Shown piece after piece: positions 41,166 to 48,070 of a stretch of 64,000 bases of DNA; position 1 is the stretch's first letter, and the number at the start of each line of letters is the position of its first letter. Source of the DNA: a virus; the IMG/VR virus record IMGVR_UViG_3300030380_003294. One strand, 5' to 3'. The position numbers were made by a program, and so were the translations under genes. The notes under the pieces were generated by a model, which was given only the letters and a program-made list of their open reading frames with translations, searched no databases and was not told the origin of the DNA.

Positions 41166-41229
41166 GAAAAAAGGGAATAAGCAAGAAAGGTATCCCTAAG
41201 CACTTGTGAATGTTAGCATTCTTGCTTAT
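41166..41229 (-). ncRNA. Candidate small RNA or structured leader with an 11-bp closing stem and U tract
   Basis: ATAAGCAAGAA (41229-41219) pairs with TTCTTGCTTAT (41187-41177), followed by TCCCTTTTTTC. It begins at the predicted TSS of promoter copy 2. Confidence 0.55.
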
Positions 41230-41235
41230 GTTCTT

Positions 41236-41293
41236 ATTATAGGGGAAGAACCAACCACATAAGGGCAATAGTGGACAGTTTATAAAGTGTCAC
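41236..41293 (-). promoter_or_regulatory. Early promoter copy 2
   Basis: tggacagtttataaagtgtcac at 41272-41293; attata at 41236-41241; 30-nt spacer. Confidence 0.85.
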
Positions 41294-41459
41294 TATGCTG
41301 CTTGACAAGATATTCTCCTGTCTGTATTCTTTCAAATACTGCTGACTGTTCATCAGTCAGTTCAAAATCCATATCTCTGAGAATATCCCAAAGTTTAATC
41401 ATCTGGTAAGATTCATCAAATGACATTGGAATTGAAATGGGGAAATAAGTTTTTGACAT
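41280..41459 (-). CDS. Hypothetical protein (59 aa)
   Basis: Hand translation MSKTYFPISIPMSFDESYQMIKLWDILRDMDFELTDEQSAVFERIQTGEYLVKQHSDTL; TAATG coupling. Confidence 0.7.
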   Translation of the reverse strand: MSKTYFPISIPMSFDESYQMIKLWDILRDMDFELTDEQSAVFERIQTGEYLVKQHSDTL

Positions 41460-41614
41460 TAATCGTACAATGGGTAACGTACTTCTTTTTCAACTGCATC
41501 CTTCATTACATCATACATTGCAAATTCGGGATCTTCCAATTTACAAGTTGATAGGATGTTGATAACCTCCTCCATGAGACCGATTATCATTTTTTCTTTT
41601 GGTGTTGTCTTCAT
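41459..41614 (-). CDS. Hypothetical protein (51 aa)
   Basis: Start refined to MKTTPKEK (ATGA overlap with the upstream stop). Confidence 0.7.
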   Translation of the reverse strand: MKTTPKEKMIIGLMEEVINILSTCKLEDPEFAMYDVMKDAVEKEVRYPLYD

Positions 41615-41769
41615 TGGCATAAGTCCTCGAATCTTTCTCTTGCAATATACTCGCAATGCTCCTGCAATGCTTCCTCGGTTAGTGTATCAGCAATGCCTGA
41701 TTTCTTCATTGCTTCATACTCTTCATCAAAAAGAGTTTCTAACATATCTGCGTGATGTAAAACTGACAT
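41611..41769 (-). CDS. Acidic hypothetical protein (52 aa)
   Basis: Hand translation MSVLHHADMLETLFDEEYEAMKKSGIADTLTEEALQEHCEYIARERFEDLCQ; GGAGG RBS. Confidence 0.7.
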   Translation of the reverse strand: MSVLHHADMLETLFDEEYEAMKKSGIADTLTEEALQEHCEYIARERFEDLCQ

Positions 41770-41988
41770 TTAAGCAACCTCCCTTATGTAACCGTTTTCT
41801 GCTTTGATGAATGCATCTAACTTAGCAACATCTAGATCAGCATCATCAAATTCAATTTTAGCACATCCTGTAACACCCCACTCTTCCAACTCTTGAGTAA
41901 ATTCTGCCCAGTTAGAGCAACAACATGCCATGTTTTGAAAGTTGTCAACTTGAACGATTCTGTTCATGATTGTTTGAGTTTTGTTCAT
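41770..41988 (-). CDS. Hypothetical protein (72 aa)
   Basis: ORF track; first gene after promoter copy 3. Confidence 0.75.
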   Translation of the reverse strand: MNKTQTIMNRIVQVDNFQNMACCCSNWAEFTQELEEWGVTGCAKIEFDDADLDVAKLDAFIKAENGYIREVA

Positions 41989-42012
41989 AGTATCTTTGTT
42001 TGTTATGTACTT

Positions 42013-42071
42013 ATTATAAACAATAATGAGATCAAAAGAAACCCACCTTGTGCCACTTTGTTATGTGTCAT
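42013..42071 (-). promoter_or_regulatory. Early promoter copy 3
   Basis: gtgccactttgttatgtgtcat at 42050-42071; attata at 42013-42018. A 26-nt -10/leader segment is identical to copy 1. Confidence 0.85.
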
Positions 42072-42195
42072 AGTCCTCCAGTTTTTTGAATAGGTTTGCA
42101 TTAATGTGAATTATCTCTGCTTTGAGATCATCATTCTCAGAATAATGAAAGTTTAAGCATTCTTTGAGATATTCAACTTCTTCCTTACTAAACAT
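42061..42195 (-). CDS. Hypothetical protein (44 aa)
   Basis: Hand translation MFSKEEVEYLKECLNFHYSENDDLKAEIIHINANLFKKLEDYDT; GGAGG RBS. Confidence 0.65.
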   Translation of the reverse strand: MFSKEEVEYLKECLNFHYSENDDLKAEIIHINANLFKKLEDYDT

Positions 42196-42343
42196 TAGCA
42201 CCCTCCAGTTTATCGAATGAATGATAGAATAAGAGATCCAAAATTCTCTCGCTTAATACTTCTTCTTTATCAGTCATATAAAGACGGTAGTTTTTAAATG
42301 CTGAATAGAGTAGTTCATACTCTTCTCTTGTTAAATCTCTCAT
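42188..42343 (-). CDS. Hypothetical protein (51 aa)
   Basis: Hand translation MRDLTREEYELLYSAFKNYRLYMTDKEEVLSERILDLLFYHSFDKLEGANV; ATGA coupling. Confidence 0.65.
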   Translation of the reverse strand: MRDLTREEYELLYSAFKNYRLYMTDKEEVLSERILDLLFYHSFDKLEGANV

Positions 42344-42477
42344 TTTTTATCATTATTAAGTGGACTTGCGAAGTAATCCCTATTGGCAACAAATAAAACT
42401 AGCAATGCTGTGAAGATGCCAAAGAATCCAATTATCAATATTGGGGACTGGGGAAAATCGTAGGTTGGAATTGTCAT
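42340..42477 (-). CDS. Single-pass membrane microprotein (45 aa)
   Basis: MTIPTYDFPQSPILIIGFFGIFTALLVLFVANRDYFASPLNNDKK; one hydrophobic helix; GAGG RBS. Confidence 0.7.
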   Translation of the reverse strand: MTIPTYDFPQSPILIIGFFGIFTALLVLFVANRDYFASPLNNDKK

Positions 42478-42480
42478 TGT

Positions 42481-42645
42481 TTAATCCTCGTAGTATGGTG
42501 CAAAAAGTTGATAGTAAAAATCATCAAAGATTTGAAACTGGTAAGCGGTATCTGCTAGAGTTTCATCCTGATCCCATCCTTTACCAACTGTATTAGTGGG
42601 ATGATTGTAACAGTCTAAAACTGCCTGATAAGTATCGTATTTCAT
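42481..42645 (-). CDS. Hypothetical protein (54 aa)
   Basis: Hand translation MKYDTYQAVLDCYNHPTNTVGKGWDQDETLADTAYQFQIFDDFYYQLFAPYYED; ATGA coupling. Confidence 0.65.
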   Translation of the reverse strand: MKYDTYQAVLDCYNHPTNTVGKGWDQDETLADTAYQFQIFDDFYYQLFAPYYED

Positions 42646-42854
42646 TTCTTTAAAATTCCTTTAGTTGAAGTTGACAAGTAAGTAGACTTTGCTGACATTA
42701 CATTGTCTACCATGTTATCGAAAGTCTGGACATCCCAGTCTTTCATTTCTGCGATGTCTAGATCATATGCTGACATCACGAGGTCAACGAGCATATCGTA
42801 TTGACCAGAAGTAATCTCGATGTTGAGACCTTTAGTGGAAGTTGTTTTGTTCAT
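42642..42854 (-). CDS. Hypothetical protein (70 aa), possibly leaderless
   Basis: Start refined to MNKTTST (42854), only about 6 nt after the -10 box of promoter copy 4. Confidence 0.7.
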   Translation of the reverse strand: MNKTTSTKGLNIEITSGQYDMLVDLVMSAYDLDIAEMKDWDVQTFDNMVDNVMSAKSTYLSTSTKGILKK

Positions 42855-42860
42855 GTCTTT

Positions 42861-42918
42861 ATTATAACCACTCATGACCCCATTGCGAGGATCATTGTGC
42901 CACTTTATCATCTGGCAC
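42861..42918 (-). promoter_or_regulatory. Early promoter copy 4
   Basis: gtgccactttatcatctggcac at 42897-42918; attata at 42861-42866; 30-nt spacer. Confidence 0.85.
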
Positions 42919-43195
42919 AAGGGTTTGGATTTCCGTTGTGATCTTTTGGTAGTCTTAAATCGTTCTCATCAGTATAGTATGAGTCTACTGCATTCTTCAC
43001 TTCTTTATAAACACCTAAAATGGCATCTTTACCAAAATAGTCATGTTCGATTGTATCATGACCAGTACAAGAAGATCCCCAACTTGTTACATCGCTATCG
43101 ATGCGAGCATATAATCCTCTGGTTATATGGTTAAGTAATCCTAGTTCTCTTTTAGATAATCGGATTACTACTTCTTTTGAATTGTCGTAGTTCAT
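42908..43195 (-). CDS. Hypothetical protein (95 aa)
   Basis: Start refined to MNYDNSKE (ATGA overlap). Confidence 0.7.
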   Translation of the reverse strand: MNYDNSKEVVIRLSKRELGLLNHITRGLYARIDSDVTSWGSSCTGHDTIEHDYFGKDAILGVYKEVKNAVDSYYTDENDLRLPKDHNGNPNPCAR

Positions 43196-43470
43196 GAGCA
43201 TTGTAAAGTGTAAAGTTTTCTCTCTTCTGTTGTTAGACAACATTCGCAAATTCGATGTGCGAAATCGTAGAACATAACAGGGGCATCATCATCCCATCCG
43301 TAAACATCGTTTGGTGTAATGTCTTCATCAAGTGGAATCTTTGTATCACATCTGTCACACTCTAGTGAAGCACATTCAGCACACATATAACCATCATCGG
43401 ACGGTATTCTGTTTACATACCATCCAGATCCAAAATCTACGGATCTACCACATTCTGTGCAACATGTCAT
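43192..43470 (-). CDS. Zinc-finger-like protein (four CxxC pairs)
   Basis: CTEC, CAEC, CDRC and CECC within 92 aa. Confidence 0.75.
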   Translation of the reverse strand: MTCCTECGRSVDFGSGWYVNRIPSDDGYMCAECASLECDRCDTKIPLDEDITPNDVYGWDDDAPVMFYDFAHRICECCLTTEERKLYTLQCS

Positions 43471-43685
43471 TTTTGATCTCCATAATAGTTTACTGCATCG
43501 GACACAACTAAGTGCCTATGAATGTAGAGTAACTTATCAAGTTCGATACCCTCTAAGTCAGTCCACTCACTCACATAATCGGTTTGATCTTCCATGAGAG
43601 TGCCATCCTTTAACCAAGGACATGAGCATAAGTTATGCTCTTCATCTAACCAAAATGCTCTACCAAAGTGAAGTGAATGTATCAT
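43467..43685 (-). CDS. Hypothetical protein (72 aa)
   Basis: ORF track; ATGA overlaps. Confidence 0.7.
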   Translation of the reverse strand: MIHSLHFGRAFWLDEEHNLCSCPWLKDGTLMEDQTDYVSEWTDLEGIELDKLLYIHRHLVVSDAVNYYGDQK

Positions 43686-43945
43686 CTGAAATTCAACTCC
43701 CTGACTGGGTTTTGAGCATCTTCGATTGCTCTTGTTTCGATGATGATGTCTCTGACTCTTTCTCTATCGAGACTATCGCCCTCGCCCCAGTTGATTGTAT
43801 CAGTTGATGCACATAGATCAAGATACTTAAGGATTGCGATTGCGATCTCTCCAGTTGTTAGTCCATCGATAGGATAGAGAACATCGGGATGACTAGGTAA
43901 GTAGAATGATTCAACATACTCTAGAAATTCTTGAAAGTTGTGCAT
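43682..43945 (-). CDS. Conserved cyanophage hypothetical protein (87 aa)
   Basis: Motifs FLEYVESFY..LYPI and WGEGDSLDRERVRDII. Confidence 0.75.
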   Translation of the reverse strand: MHNFQEFLEYVESFYLPSHPDVLYPIDGLTTGEIAIAILKYLDLCASTDTINWGEGDSLDRERVRDIIIETRAIEDAQNPVRELNFR

Positions 43946-43965
43946 GTGTCCTTTGCTTAACTATT

Positions 43966-44026
43966 ATTATAATAGAGGATATTCACAACGAATGGGGAAA
44001 CTATGTGCCACTAATCGAACTGGCAC
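43966..44026 (-). promoter_or_regulatory. Early promoter copy 5
   Basis: gtgccactaatcgaactggcac at 44005-44026; overlapping TATTAT/TATAAT at 43966-43974. Confidence 0.85.
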
Positions 44027-44027
44027 A

Positions 44028-44261
44028 CTACCACATTTCTTCTGGTTGTTTTGCTCTATTATCCATCATTAGTTGATATTCTTCTTCTGTTCTTACTCTG
44101 AGTCTATCTTGTGTCTCTTGTAACTGTTGTAATGTGTTCTCTATCTCTGGAAATTCGAGATCACATCCTGCTTCATTGATCTCTGAGATCTTCCACTCAA
44201 GATAGTAAATCACATCACTTAGTTGATCGTAACTAAGGGGAACATTGATTGTTTTGGTCAT
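44028..44261 (-). CDS. Hypothetical protein (77 aa)
   Basis: ORF track. Confidence 0.7.
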   Translation of the reverse strand: MTKTINVPLSYDQLSDVIYYLEWKISEINEAGCDLEFPEIENTLQQLQETQDRLRVRTEEEYQLMMDNRAKQPEEMW

Positions 44262-44503
44262 GCTAGTCTCCTGTCAAGTAAGTAAGAAATAAAGTTGTTG
44301 TGGTCTGCCCAGTCCTGATCGTAAAAGTCTTCGATGACTTGTTCAATTACTTCCTGTTTAGTTTGCTCACTCGCAAACTCATATCCATAGGATTGTATGA
44401 CATGCTCAATATCTGCTCTCACGTCAACATACTCAAGTCTAAACTTAAGGATGTCTGGGCAAGATTCGATCCATGCCTGAAAATCTTTGTCTGCTTGATT
44501 CAT
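44258..44503 (-). CDS. Acidic hypothetical protein (81 aa)
   Basis: ORF track; ATGA overlaps. Confidence 0.7.
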   Translation of the reverse strand: MNQADKDFQAWIESCPDILKFRLEYVDVRADIEHVIQSYGYEFASEQTKQEVIEQVIEDFYDQDWADHNNFISYLLDRRLA

Positions 44504-44721
44504 TCTTTGATCTCCTCGATAATTTCATCAAAATACTCATCCCAGTACGAGTATGCTTCATCAATAAATTCTGCTTCATTTAACTCGTTGACATAGTTGT
44601 ATAGATCATCAGTCACATATTGAATAAGTGACTTCATGTCCATACCATCTACCATTCTCTCAACATACAAATCTTTGAGATTGTCAAGTTGGTTGTCTGT
44701 TAGATCTCCTGTTTTAAGCAT
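44500..44721 (-). CDS. Acidic hypothetical protein (73 aa)
   Basis: Start refined to MLKTGDLT; motif YVERMVDGMDMKSLIQYVTDDL. Confidence 0.7.
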   Translation of the reverse strand: MLKTGDLTDNQLDNLKDLYVERMVDGMDMKSLIQYVTDDLYNYVNELNEAEFIDEAYSYWDEYFDEIIEEIKE

Positions 44722-44920
44722 TGTCTTCTCCGATTGTAAAGTTTTTAAGGAAAATGAATTTGTAATCGCCATCTTGCGGATCTTTGCCATCTACCAACCA
44801 CTCTTCACATATAGCAAGAGCATCAAGTTGTTTCTCACTCTTGATAAGATTCTTCATCTGGTCAAAGAGTGAATCTGCCATGTTGTCGATGGCATATTCT
44901 CTTTCGAGTTGTAGATCCAT
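44714..44920 (-). CDS. Hypothetical protein (68 aa)
   Basis: ORF track; first gene after promoter copy 6. Confidence 0.75.
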   Translation of the reverse strand: MDLQLEREYAIDNMADSLFDQMKNLIKSEKQLDALAICEEWLVDGKDPQDGDYKFIFLKNFTIGEDNA

Positions 44921-44942
44921 GTGTGTCCTGTTGAACTATACT

Positions 44943-45003
44943 ATTATAATGCCATAAAAAACCCCCTGATGGGGGGTTTAGTGGTCACTTTGTGAACTGT
45001 CAC
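44943..45003 (-). promoter_or_regulatory. Early promoter copy 6 (terminator in spacer)
   Basis: tggtcactttgtgaactgtcac at 44982-45003; TATAAT at 44943-44948. Confidence 0.8.
44956..44979 (-). terminator. Rho-independent terminator inside promoter copy 6
   Basis: Minus strand AAACCCCCC-ATCA-GGGGGTTTTTT. Confidence 0.75.
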
Positions 45004-45004
45004 A

Positions 45005-45223
45005 TCACTTGCCAATACCCATAGGATCATCTGCTTGACTTTCTAGATCAGAAATGGTAGTTTCATCGTAGATCTTTTTTTGATACTCTGAAACAGACAG
45101 AAATTCATCGCTATCAATTTGATAGGATAAACCAGTATTAGCATCAAAGTAAAATCCATCCTCTGAACTATACCAGAAGTCATCCCAGTCCTTTTTTGAG
45201 TTGGTTACATCTTTAGTTGTCAT
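45005..45223 (-). CDS. Acidic hypothetical protein (72 aa)
   Basis: Start refined to MTTKDVTNS. Confidence 0.7.
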   Translation of the reverse strand: MTTKDVTNSKKDWDDFWYSSEDGFYFDANTGLSYQIDSDEFLSVSEYQKKIYDETTISDLESQADDPMGIGK

Positions 45224-45362
45224 CGTAGTAAACCCTAACTGAAAGTTCTGCATTGTCTGGTAGTTCTCCATACTGTTTTTCAAATGCTTCCCATAGTTGT
45301 TTTACTATTGGATTGTAAAGATCATCAGGTAGATCTACCAAGTTGTAATATTTATCAGTCAT
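45213..45362 (-). CDS. Hypothetical protein (49 aa)
   Basis: Hand translation MTDKYYNLVDLPDDLYNPIVKQLWEAFEKQYGELPDNAELSVRVYYDDN; AGGAG RBS. Confidence 0.65.
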   Translation of the reverse strand: MTDKYYNLVDLPDDLYNPIVKQLWEAFEKQYGELPDNAELSVRVYYDDN

Positions 45363-45371
45363 TTTAGTCTC

Positions 45372-45605
45372 CTATAGAAATGATGTTAGAGCGTGGGGTG
45401 CATTTGGTTGGTAGTCAATCGATCTAATACACCAACCAGTTGTATCTGAGATTTTATCAACTAAGTCATCCTCTGACTCAACTTCCCAAAGACCAAGTGC
45501 ATTGTTTGTGTTGAAGTCTTTTTCTTCCTGAGATAATTGCCACTCAGGGTTTCCATCCCCAAATTCATCAAAGTCAAACTCAATGTCTGTTACTAAAAGT
45601 TTCAT
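45372..45605 (-). CDS. Conserved acidic cyanophage protein (77 aa)
   Basis: Motifs VTDIEFDFD and WEVESEDDLVDKISDTTGWCIRSIDY. Confidence 0.75.
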   Translation of the reverse strand: MKLLVTDIEFDFDEFGDGNPEWQLSQEEKDFNTNNALGLWEVESEDDLVDKISDTTGWCIRSIDYQPNAPHALTSFL

Positions 45606-45781
45606 TTTGAATCTCCTAATGCTATTTTGTCCATTGCTTTAACTGCATCAAACAAATCATAGTGTGCATTATCCAATTCATATTCTCCTGCAAGTGCTTC
45701 AGACTTATAGATGTCTGGTAGATCTTTGACTGCATCATACAGTTCATTGAATTGATCTTTTGTCAATGTGAGTGTGACCAT
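45602..45781 (-). CDS. Hypothetical protein (59 aa)
   Basis: Hand translation MVTLTLTKDQFNELYDAVKDLPDIYKSEALAGEYELDNAHYDLFDAVKAMDKIALGDSK. Confidence 0.65.
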   Translation of the reverse strand: MVTLTLTKDQFNELYDAVKDLPDIYKSEALAGEYELDNAHYDLFDAVKAMDKIALGDSK

Positions 45782-45801
45782 AGTGACCTTAAATTAGATG
45801 G

Positions 45802-45875
45802 GTCGAAACAAAACTCACTGATTCTCATATCTTAGTAGGATAACCCCACAAATGAGTTCGGTGGTTTGTTTCGAC
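45802..45875 (-). ncRNA. Candidate structured small RNA or leader (74 nt)
   Basis: GTCGAAACAAA (45875-45865) pairs with TTTGTTTCGAC (45812-45802), with an inner AACTCA/TGAGTT stem. It begins at the predicted TSS of promoter copy 7. Confidence 0.6.
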
Positions 45876-45881
45876 ATTATT

Positions 45882-45939
45882 AATATAACATGCTGAGACC
45901 CTGCTGTGTGCCTCTGTGTGCCACTTTAAGTAGTGGCAC
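45882..45939 (-). promoter_or_regulatory. Early promoter copy 7
   Basis: Perfect 8-6-8 palindrome gtgccact-ttaagt-agtggcac at 45918-45939; TATATT at 45882-45887; 30-nt spacer. Confidence 0.85.
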
Positions 45940-45940
45940 A

Positions 45941-47173
45941 TTAGGAAACATAGGATACTGGCGGAATGCCCTCAACAAAGATATAATCAATGACATTCTG
46001 TAGTCTCTTTGCAATGCGATCTCCATACTTGTAACCAGTAGGTACGATTGCCTGACCAAACTGTTTTTTATACAAGTTGAATGCACCAACTGGAATGAGT
46101 CCCTGCTCAACTGCTTTACGATCATCTTTGTGAATACGAATGACCCTACCAATAGTTTGTGCCATTTCAATAATAGGCAAGTTCCTCAACAAAACAGTAT
46201 GAGTGAGACCAGTAACATTGATACCTTCAGACAGTATGCTGTAGTGAAAAACAACGAACCTCCTACTGTTATCGTTGCCCCACTCAGTAAGAGTATTGAA
46301 AAACTCTTCACGTCCAACTTTCTTGCCATTGATGATAGCACCAAACTTTGATGTGATATGCATAACGTCATATCCATTCTCTTTGAGATAGTGTAGAATG
46401 TCAGTCCTACCCAACATGAAACCTAGGATCTTTGAACTAGGGGCAGCAACCAAAACTTTTGCTACTTCATTACTATCGAATGAATCTAGAATGTCTTTTA
46501 GGTTGGCAGCATCTACCTCAAAGTTGTTGTGCTTATCCCTGACTCGATCAGTCTCGAAAGGCACAACTTTAGGTGGTAGAATAGCACCTGCTTCGATCAA
46601 TTCCTGTGCGGGTACTGACTCTAGAGTCTGACCCCACACTTGTGAGTTGTTCATGCCACGATTCTTTGATGCACCACGTCCAAACTTAGGTGTTGCTGTG
46701 AATGCAAACCTGCGACTAGCATTGTATGTCATGCCCATCACACCTTCAAAGAATCTTTTGCCTGTTCCATTGTGTGCTTCATCGTAGTAAATGGTATCAA
46801 CATTGATGTCAGCATCTACCACACGATGCAATGAGTGATAAGTTGTAAAAATGATCTTATGCTTAGTATGTGTGCTTACAAATAGTTTCACATCCTCTGC
46901 TTTTGTGCTAGAGAAATAGTGTGTCTCTCCTGAGTGAACATGCATAATATCTGCATCGAGACTGAACTCTGTAAACTCTGCACACAACTGATTTGCCAAC
47001 AGAATACGAGGTGCAACTACAACTGTAGTTGAATCATATCTCTGCTTCATTTGCTCCAACAAATCAGCGATCATGATATAAGTCTTACCACCACCAGTAG
47101 GCACGATGATCTGACCCATGTTGTATTCCTGCATGCGATCAAATGCACGTTGCTGATGTGGTCTCAAGTTCAT
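45941..47173 (-). CDS. Superfamily 2 DEAD/DEAH-like helicase (type III restriction Res-subunit-like)
   Basis: 410 aa with Q-motif LRPHQ, Walker A PTGGGKT, YYDEAH, FTATP, ILSEGIN and QTIGRVIR. Confidence 0.9.
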   Translation of the reverse strand: MNLRPHQQRAFDRMQEYNMGQIIVPTGGGKTYIMIADLLEQMKQRYDSTTVVVAPRILLANQLCAEFTEFSLDADIMHVHSGETHYFSSTKAEDVKLFVSTHTKHKIIFTTYHSLHRVVDADINVDTIYYDEAHNGTGKRFFEGVMGMTYNASRRFAFTATPKFGRGASKNRGMNNSQVWGQTLESVPAQELIEAGAILPPKVVPFETDRVRDKHNNFEVDAANLKDILDSFDSNEVAKVLVAAPSSKILGFMLGRTDILHYLKENGYDVMHITSKFGAIINGKKVGREEFFNTLTEWGNDNSRRFVVFHYSILSEGINVTGLTHTVLLRNLPIIEMAQTIGRVIRIHKDDRKAVEQGLIPVGAFNLYKKQFGQAIVPTGYKYGDRIAKRLQNVIDYIFVEGIPPVSYVS

Positions 47174-47195
47174 AAATCAATCTTTCAATAATATA

Positions 47196-47253
47196 ATAAT
47201 ACAAGAAAAAACCCCTTGTGTCAAGGGGTTTAGTCCAGTTTGGCAACTGTCAC
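47196..47253 (-). promoter_or_regulatory. Early promoter copy 8 (terminator in spacer)
   Basis: agtccagtttggcaactgtcac at 47232-47253; TATTAT at 47196-47201; 30-nt spacer. Confidence 0.8.
47206..47231 (-). terminator. Rho-independent terminator inside promoter copy 8
   Basis: Minus strand AAACCCCTTG-ACA-CAAGGGGTTTTTT. Confidence 0.8.
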
Positions 47254-47462
47254 AAGGGTGTCACTTCATGACGTTTACACTCTACGTTCAACTTAATGGA
47301 TCGATCAGCAACATAATTGTCTACCCATTTAACCATACGATCATTTTGTGCAACCTTACCTTTATGTGTTGTTGGTTTAGTTGGCATTGTCCTAGTGAAC
47401 TGTTCGATAGTTCCATCGTTGTATTCAATTTTGATGTTGTACGTTTGAGTTGTCGTTTGCAT
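47250..47462 (-). CDS. Hypothetical protein (70 aa)
   Basis: ORF track; start MQTTTQ with GAGG RBS. Confidence 0.7.
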   Translation of the reverse strand: MQTTTQTYNIKIEYNDGTIEQFTRTMPTKPTTHKGKVAQNDRMVKWVDNYVADRSIKLNVECKRHEVTPL

Positions 47463-47623
47463 CAAACCTCTTGTCCTTTTTTGTTGAATGTAATGTTGAG
47501 ATCAGGGATGAATAGCACACCATCATCTTTTAACAATGATAGCATACGGAAGAACCAAATGTCGTTATACTGTTGCTCGTATGGATCGAGATCAGGATAA
47601 TACTTTTGAGAGAATGCGATCAT
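47462..47623 (-). CDS. Hypothetical protein (53 aa)
   Basis: Hand translation MIAFSQKYYPDLDPYEQQYNDIWFFRMLSLLKDDGVLFIPDLNITFNKKGQEV; ATGA coupling. Confidence 0.7.
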   Translation of the reverse strand: MIAFSQKYYPDLDPYEQQYNDIWFFRMLSLLKDDGVLFIPDLNITFNKKGQEV

Positions 47624-48051
47624 GATACCACCTCTGGAATTGATACAGGAACGATATTAGTACTGACTACGTTATAATTGTCATCATACTTTGTATCAAT
47701 AGCAAATGCTTCCCACTTGCCATTGTAGACATATAAGAACTCTTCTCCTGAGTTTGAGTTCTCTGCATACTCATCAAAGTTTCCATCAAGACGAGGTGCT
47801 TCACTATCTCCACCATAATATTCTGGTTGGGGATCTCTCTTTACAAACTCTTGCTTTTCATTATCATATACATTATCTGACCAACATGAACTCATGTTAC
47901 CACCATCGATTAGATCAACAATATTCTTTTTTGTGTTGTACTGTTCTTTGAGAGTAACACCCAACCACTCAGGATAACCATCCCAATGATGATATACTGA
48001 GAGGATTGAACCATCTGCTAGTTGAAGTCCGATTCTTGCGTTGGTTGACAT
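47620..48051 (-). CDS. Conserved phage hypothetical protein (143 aa)
   Basis: Motif MSTNARIG..SVYHHWDGYPEWLG..L..LIDGGNMS, widespread in phages as I recall it. Confidence 0.8.
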   Translation of the reverse strand: MSTNARIGLQLADGSILSVYHHWDGYPEWLGVTLKEQYNTKKNIVDLIDGGNMSSCWSDNVYDNEKQEFVKRDPQPEYYGGDSEAPRLDGNFDEYAENSNSGEEFLYVYNGKWEAFAIDTKYDDNYNVVSTNIVPVSIPEVVS

Positions 48052-48070
48052 GTGTTTTTCTTAACTATTA

